Of a stretch of 64,000 nt of DNA, positions 57,110 through 64,000 are shown one piece after another. Source of the DNA: Octopus vulgaris (taxonomy: Eukaryota); assembly GCA_951406725.2 (NCBI GenBank), contig OX597832.1, positions 17,484,001-17,548,000 of the forward strand, written 5' to 3'. The position numbers and the translations under genes are program-made. The notes below the pieces were generated by a model, which ran no database searches, was not told the origin of the DNA, and saw nothing but the letters and a program-made list of their open reading frames with translations. Position 1 is the stretch's first letter. Every line of letters begins with the position of its first letter.

Positions 57110-57405
57110 TTTAATCAGTCGCCGCGACATACCCAGGGTCCTTGGGCGAGTGAAGGATAAGAGTTGTTACATTATGCTTGAAAGCTTGGGAAGGGGAAGG
57201 AGCAGAGGCAGTAACGAAATATCTTCATGTAAAACAACACATTTAAATTTAGAGGATTTTTTTAAGGATGTGGGCAGTACTTGTCGGCACAATCTTTTGA
57301 ATTTCTCTGAGACATGGTTCTCCTGGGATATTGTCTAGATGTTCCAGACAACACTTTCTTATAATACCTAGGATACCCACAATTACAGGAACAGTTCTCC
57401 TTTTA
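57110..57405 (-). mobile_element. 3' end of an R4/Dong-type LINE with (TAA)n tail
   Basis: Minus strand reads RTVPVIVGILGIIRKCCLEHLDNIPGEPCLREIQKIVPTSTAHILKKIL, fitting the R4/Dong C-terminal pattern VP.++G.LG...+QK..+..TA.I++. A short UTR and (TAA/CAA)n at 56990-57110 follow. Confidence 0.85.
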
Positions 57406-57414
57406 AGATAGAAC

Positions 57415-57742
57415 AGGTGATCTCGCAGAAACGCTAGGCGAAATGCTTAGCGGTGTTTCATCTGCCGCTACGTTCTGAGTTCAAATTCTGCCGAGGTCGA
57501 CTTTGCCTTTCATCTTTCGGGGTCGATTAAATAAGTACCAGTTATGCACTGATTCGATATAATTGACTTAATCCGTTTGTCTGTCCTTGTTTGCCCTGTC
57601 TGTGTTTAGCCCCTTGTGGGTAGTAAAGAAATAGGTATTTCGTCTGCTGTTACGTTCTGAGTTCACATTCCGCCGAGGTCGACTTTGCCCGTCATCCTTT
57701 CGGGGTCGATGAATTAAGCACCAGTTACACACATGGGGTCGG
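57415..57742 (+). mobile_element. SINE family B with a tandem second unit
   Basis: gcagaaacg...gaaatgcttagcgg...aaagaaata|ggtatttcg (57633/57634)...gtcgactttgccc. Confidence 0.9.
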
Positions 57743-57852
57743 GAATAGTCTGTCTGCTGAAAGGAACAGCCAATCATCTGGAAAAGAGAACAGCCAAGTC
57801 GCAAAAGAAAATGATTGGTGTAGTAGCAGTAGTGAAACCACCAACAACGATT

Positions 57853-58035
57853 AGAAGAAGAAGAAGAAGAAGAAGAAGAAGAAGAAGAAGAAGAAGAAGA
57901 AGAAGAAGAAGAAGAAGAAGAAGAAGAAGAAGAAGAAGAAGAAGAAGAAGAAGAAGAAGAAGAAGAAGGAGGAGGAGGAGGAGGAGGAGGCAGAGGAGAA
58001 GGAGAATAAGAACAACAGCAACAGCAACAACAACA
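57853..58035. repeat. (AGA)n-(GGA)n-(ACA)n microsatellite
   Basis: Direct reading. Confidence 0.95.
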
Positions 58036-58525
58036 AGGGCAGCAGCAGCCAGCACTATCGGCGCACGTTAAGCCTATGAAAGGAATTTCTCTTGGTTCTA
58101 CCATCCCCTTCATCGTCGCAGGAACAAAAGAAATCAATGACGAAAAGCAATAACAAGGAAGAATACTGCCACCGCCATCCGCACGTCCGGTGGCAGCAAC
58201 AGGTCCACCACTGCCAGCAACAACAACATCACTAACGAAAAAGGCAATGACGAAAGCGCGGCATGTAAATCCATTCGAAACGAATTCGACTTTGCGAGAG
58301 CGACCAGAGAAGTTAAGATGTTTTATAGACGAAAATTAATTCAAGAGTGCGAAATGTACATGGGAGAAATGTGGGATAAATGTGGTTTTGAACATTTCTA
58401 GAATTGTCCAGCAAGAAAATTATTTGCAGACAATTCAATATCAAACAATTGGAGCAGGTAAAACAGTAGCAAATAGAGAAATATTTAAAACCAATTTGGA
58501 AAAGCAAAACATATTTAGCAATGAT

Positions 58526-58680
58526 TGGCTGTGTGGTAGGTAGCTTGCTTACCAGCCACATGGTTCCGGGTTCAGTCCCACTGCGTGACATCTTGGGCAA
58601 GTGTCTTCTGCTATAGCCCCGGGCTGACCAATGCCTTGTGAGTGAATTTGGTAGACGGAAACTGAAAGAAGCCTGCCGTA

Positions 58681-58712
<32 letters not shown>

Positions 58713-58744
58713 GTGAATTTGGTAGACGGCGAAAGAAGCCTGCC

Positions 58745-58791
<47 letters not shown>

Positions 58792-58872
58792 ATTGGTAGA
58801 CGGAAACTGAAAAGCTGCCGTATATATATATATATATATACGGCAGGCTTCTTTCAGTTTCCGTCTACAAAT

Positions 58873-58970
<98 letters not shown>

Positions 58971-59185
58971 TGTGTTTGTGTTTGTCTCCCTAGCATTGTT
59001 TGACAACCGATGCTGGTGTGTTTACGTCCCCGTCACTTAGCGGTTCGGCAAAAGCGACCGATAGAATAAGTACAGGGCTTACAAAGAATAAGTCCCGGGG
59101 TCGATTTGCTCGACTAAAAGGCGGTGCTCCAGCATGGCCGCAGTCAAATGACTGAAACAAGTAAAAGAGTAAGGAATAAAGAGTA
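58526..59185 (+). mobile_element. SINE family A with an internally triplicated and inverted 40-bp segment
   Basis: gtgaatttggtagacggaaactgaaagaagcctgccg at 58642, 58713 and 58788, with a reverse copy at 58841-58876. Confidence 0.9.
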
Positions 59186-59609
59186 ATGGGTATAAATATT
59201 GAACAGTTGAGGTAAGGTTCGGCTCAGAGGACGAGACCAAATATTACCCGACTGCTAGCGTAACGAGTGACGAAATCATCCTCATCCCTATCTACCTTGG
59301 CCGGCGAGTTTTCTGAGTTAAAATACTCAATATCCCACCTAACATAAACATTTGCTGGTTAGTGGCTGTAATTCCCTTCGGAATAGAAGAGAAATCACAA
59401 TTCTGCGAATACAGAAGGTACGCAAGCAAAACTGGTTAAGATAGGGGATACAGCTACTAAACCAAGCTGACCAGCCAAGCATGGAAGCAATCCTGGACTA
59501 CATAAGCTTACCGGATGGCACACAGTTTCCCGTGGGGGTTGAGGGCAGAAAGCCAAGGTGTCAACTGTGTGGAGACACAAAGCACCTTAAAGCTTTCTGT
59601 CCACAATGA
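59186..59609 (+). pseudogene. Decayed ORF1/Gag-like protein of a non-LTR retrotransposon (L1/Tx1-like) with CCHC zinc knuckle
   Basis: TVEVRFGSEDET...PIYLGRRVF*VKILNIPPNI... then, after a frameshift, LPDGTQFPVGVEGRKPRCQLCGDTKHLKAFCP*. CX2CX4HX4C lies at 59559-59600. Confidence 0.75.
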
Positions 59610-59826
59610 AAGAGAGAAGTGAGCTCCCTAATTTTGCCTACACTGCTACCACAACTATCACCATCACTACAACAACAACAGCAACAGCACCAGCAGAAGC
59701 ATTCGATTACAGCTGAAAGACAAACAGCAACAGTAGTAGCAGAAGGTACTGCAATCACAAGCGCCGACAACAATAGCATCTACAACACCAAGAACAACAG
59801 TTGAAACAACAGCAGAAAAATCAGCA

Positions 59827-59984
59827 GCAGGAGTGGCTGTGTGGTAAGTAGCTTGTTTACCAACCACATGGTTCCGGGTTCAGTCCCACTTTGGGCACTT
59901 TGGGCAAGTGTCTTCTACTATAGCCTCGGGTCAGCCAAAGCCTTATGAGTGGATTTGGTAGACGGAAACTGAAAGAAGCCCGTC

Positions 59985-60058
<74 letters not shown>

Positions 60059-60286
60059 TTGTGTGTGTCTGTGTTTGTCCCATCCAACATCGCTTGACAA
60101 CCGATGCTGGTGTGTTTACATCCCCGTCAATTAGCGGTTGGGCAAAAGAGACCGATAGAATAAGTACCGGGCTTACAAAGAATAAGTCCCGGGTTCGAGT
60201 TACTCGATTAAAGGCGGTGCTCCAGCATGGCCGCAGTCAAATGACTGAAACAAGTAAAAGAGTAAAAGGGTAAAGAGTAAAGAGTA
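59827..60286 (+). mobile_element. SINE family A, full length
   Basis: Canonical head, internal (TA)n(TG)n, and (GAGTAAA)n-like tail. Confidence 0.93.
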
Positions 60287-60726
60287 ACAGCAAAAACCAA
60301 CAACATCAGTATCACTGATATACTGACATACGCAACTATAAATAACACTGAAGCAGAATGGTGCTTCCCTGTAACTCCTTAAGTTATATTCTGAATAGTG
60401 AAGCTCCTTACCAACTTAGTCGATGCCAAGGGCATCACACTTTCTGTTCACTTCTAATTTTGCGAAGTGATATATCCGCACAAGGCCGCGTTTTCCAATA
60501 TAATATATTGAATGATTTTAACGCCCGCAAATATTTGTATCACATTTTTGCTCAAGGCTAGCAATTTTGGACGTGGGTGCTAGTTGATTAGATCGACACC
60601 GAAAGGATGATAGGCAAAGTGGACCCCGTCGGAATTTGAAACGCTCACAAACATTCCTATCATAATTCATTTTAATGCTATTTAAAAAACAAAAAAAAAA
60701 AGGCTAATTTTGTGAAGTAGATATAT

Positions 60727-61138
60727 ATTTCTTTATTGCCCGCAAGGGGTTAAACATAGAAGGGACAAACAAAGACAGACAAAGTGATTAAGACGATTAC
60801 ATCGACCCCAGTGCGTAAGTAGTACTTTATATATCGATCCCGAAAGGATGAAAGGCAAAGTCGACCTCGGCGGAATTTGAACTCGGAACTAACGGCAGAC
60901 GAAATACCTGTTTCTTTACTACCCACAAGGGGCTAAACACAGAGAGGTCAAACAAGAACAGACAAACGGATTAAGTCAATTATATCGACCCCAGTGCGTA
61001 ACTGGTACTTAATTTATCGACCCCGAAAGGATGGCAGGCAAAGTCGACGTCGGCGGAATTTGAACTCAGAATGTAACGGCAGACGAAATACGGCTACGCA
61101 TTTCGCCCGGCGTACTAACGTTTCTGCCAGCTCGCCGT
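60727..61138 (-). mobile_element. SINE family B tandem dimer
   Basis: Two ~185-bp units joined at aaagaaaca|ggtatttcg (minus strand, 60909/60908). The head is at 61138. Confidence 0.92.
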
Positions 61139-61170
61139 CTTTTTGTAGATTAGATACAGTTCCGCTATAT

Positions 61171-61550
61171 AGGTGCAGGAATGGCTGTGTCGTTGAGAAG
61201 TTCGCTTTGTAACTGTGTGATTTCGGGTTCTGTCCCACTGCGCGGCATCTAATGTAAGTGTCTTCTATCATATATCCGGACAGATTAATAACTTGTGGGT
61301 GAAATAAAGAGACTGAAACTGTGGGAAAGCCCGTCATATGTGTGTGTATGTTTGTGTCCTAAAATAATTTACAACCGGTGTTGGTTAGTTTATTTCGCTA
61401 TAACTTGGCGATTCGGCAAAAGAAACCCATATTATACGTAATAGACTAAAAAATATGTACCACGCATCGACTTGTTCGCCTAAAACCCTACAAGGCAGTT
61501 ACTCCAGCATGACCACAGTCGAACGACTGTCACAAGTAAAATATAAAAAA
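61171..61550 (+). mobile_element. SINE family A, older diverged copy
   Basis: ggtgcaggaatggctgtgt...cgggttctgtcccactgcgcggca...actccagcatgaccacagtc. Confidence 0.8.
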
Positions 61551-62897
61551 TAAAATGTAAAACGATACCTTGTTGTATACACGACTTTCAGCATCTTTTT
61601 ACGTGATATTGAACACTTTTTTCGTGTCCTCTGGTCTTCTTAAAGACAGCAAATTTTAAGCTAACTTGCTATTTTCAAATTTTTATTTTTACGTTTATAA
61701 GTTTTTTTTAATCTCGGCCTTCTCAAGATATTTATGATCACCATCAGACGAATGAAGCCTGAAAGGTCGTTTTTCATCTCCCTTCTATTACACCTTTTTA
61801 TAGTGAGATATTCATCTTTGATGTGTGATATTTGGCAATTTTTCTGACCCCTTTCCTGTCAGAATTTGCAAATGTTCATCACTTTCAAACGTGGAAATTT
61901 CTTAAAAAGCTAAAATTTCTCACCGGTATTTGTAATTATCATCAACTAAAGCACGTGGGAATGGTTGCGTTTTCCTCACCCCTACACCTTTTATTTTTTG
62001 CTTTTTTGCAGTTATAAATTTCAGATTCTTTGATGTTCTTTACTATGCCTAGCTTCTGACCATAGACTCTGACCATACTGTAGCACCTTCTAGGGTGTAA
62101 TAAACAATTACATCAACACCGTTATTATTTCAGCAAATATAGAAAGAAAGAAGGCAACGTACACCTAGACGAAATTTGAACCCAGAATGCAACAAAGTAC
62201 CACATAGTATTTTTCTCAGATGATCTACAGATTCTGTGCCTTTTTATATTGATTTTTTTTCTTCCCCGACTTCTTTGATGCCTGAAAAAAAATTTAACAG
62301 TTTTCCTAAACATACTCCTGTCAGAATTTATACACTTTCATCATTTCCATGTTAGAATTTTTCGAAATATAAAAAAAAGGGAAGGAGAAAGGAAGAAAAT
62401 AAAATCCAAAAATAATCCTAAAAAAAATCATCAATGAATGCAAGTCTGAATGGTCATGTTTCATTCCTTTAGGTCTTTATACGGTGATACTTTCAAGTTC
62501 ATTGATGTGCAAAATTTGGCAATTTTCCTGACCCGGTTCAGGCAGAATTAAAAAGCATTACATCATTTTCAAAAGATCTTAGAAATTTTAAACTTAAACC
62601 TAGTCTAATTCAAAGATGATAATTTAAAGTAAAAGCGCAAGAAAATCAAAATTAAGGATTATATAACATGATTCCTATGGTTCGGTCCTCAGACGCGTTC
62701 TTCTTATGTTATTTATTTAATTAAAAAACGATTTTTTTTTTCAGTTTTTGCATCTATGACTTGTGTAGACCTACATGTAGCAGTCGATATTTTTCTCTTT
62801 AATTTACAGTTTTACACAGAGGTGATCAATTGATGAGACTAGTAATGTCAATAATAGATACTTTTCCAGATGTTTTGTCGACGAAAGTGAAGGAGCT

Positions 62898-63035
62898 TGG
62901 CCTTCTGGTAAGGAAGTTGCCTTTATCATTGCAAGATCTAGGTTTCAATTCCCGAACCGGGCGGAGCTTTGCATTCTTGAACAGCACACTTCATTTCACG
63001 TTGTTCTCCTCCAGTAAGCTCTAAAGGAGTTAGAT
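62898..63035 (+). mobile_element. Degenerate CORE-type SINE (family D-related)
   Basis: ggtttcaattcccgaaccgggc...ttcttgaacagcacacttcatttcacgttg. Confidence 0.6.
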
Positions 63036-63140
63036 GCTGCAACATCTGATTTCCCATTCAAGGAGAACGTTCAGATCTCCGTAACAGAAACGCTATGGAA
63101 TTCGGGTAACTGGTCCTCTGACCAAGAACTCGAAACAAGA

Positions 63141-63195
<55 letters not shown>

Positions 63196-63421
63196 CTGAG
63201 AGGAAAAAAGAAGAGAGTAACAAAATATTTTACAAGGAACAATCTTCCTTTTTATACTATTTTATGAAACTGTAGAACCGGCAAAATTTGTGTAGAATTA
63301 AGGCTCGAGAAAACAAAAGTATACAAGGTAGAGGTACGAAAGTAAACAAATGTAAATTGAAACGAGAGACGAAGACAATAAATAAAGTCTTTCAGCCAAA
63401 CACATGTTATGGTTAACGCCT

Positions 63422-63915
63422 ACGAAATGCTTAGCAGTATTTCGTCTGCCGTTACGTTGTGAGTTCAAATTCCACCGACGTCGACTTTGCCTTTCATCCT
63501 TTCGGGGTCGATAAATTAAGTACCAGTTACGCACTGGGGTCGATGTAGACGGAAACTGAAAGAAGCCTGTCGTATATATGTATATGTGTGTATATATGTA
63601 TATATATGTATATATATGTATATATATGTATATATATGTATATATGTGTGTGTTTGTGTGTCTGTGTTTGTCCCCCTAGCATTGCTTGACAACCGATGTA
63701 TGTGTGTATGTATGTATGTATGTGTGTATACATATATATATGTATATATATATATATATATAACGGAGACAATAAATAAAGTCTTTCAGCCAAACACATG
63801 TTATGGTTAACGCCTACGAAATGCTTAGACTGGGGTCGATGTAATCGACTTAATCCGTTTGTCTGTCCTTGTTTGTCCCCTTTCTATTTAGCCCGTTGTG
63901 GGCAATAAAGAAATA
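63422..63915 (+). mobile_element. SINE family B interrupted by a SINE A fragment and a copy of its own upstream flank
   Basis: ACTGGGGTCGATGTA at 63533-63547 and 63829-63843 brackets the insert. 63374-63434 is repeated at 63767-63828. Confidence 0.85.
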
Positions 63916-63918
63916 TAT

Positions 63919-63985
<67 letters not shown>

Positions 63986-64000
63986 TTGGATAAAATGAGA

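Noticed and set aside
58642-58880. CRISPR-like array of ~37-bp repeats
   Set aside because: The repeats are SINE-internal sequence, the spacers are (TA)n, the context is eukaryotic, and there are no cas genes.

Overview
AT-rich eukaryotic non-coding DNA, most likely intronic or intergenic. The SINE families and extreme microsatellite load suggest an octopod cephalopod genome (inference). No intact protein-coding gene is visible, and almost all listed ORFs are artefacts of (TA)n, (CA)n, (GATA)n or trinucleotide tracts. The window is a nested mosaic of: four tRNA-derived SINE families (labelled A-D here); decayed retroelement coding remnants (R4/Dong-type RT and C-terminus, Penelope-like GIY-YIG and linker, an L1/Tx1-like ORF1 with a CCHC knuckle); a Tc1/mariner maT-like transposase remnant; and long degenerate trinucleotide arrays. 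The most notable signals are: hammerhead-ribozyme motifs (two identical minimal cores in Penelope-type repeats, plus one at the apex of a ~140-nt hairpin); a SINE that repeatedly forms head-less tandem units at one self-complementary junction; a ~560-bp non-coding element that sits in TAA-type arrays next to Dong-like LINE remnants; several local templated duplications or inversions; and a candidate 111-nt minus-strand exon flanked by inverted SINEs. Coordinates were read by eye, so element ends are approximate.
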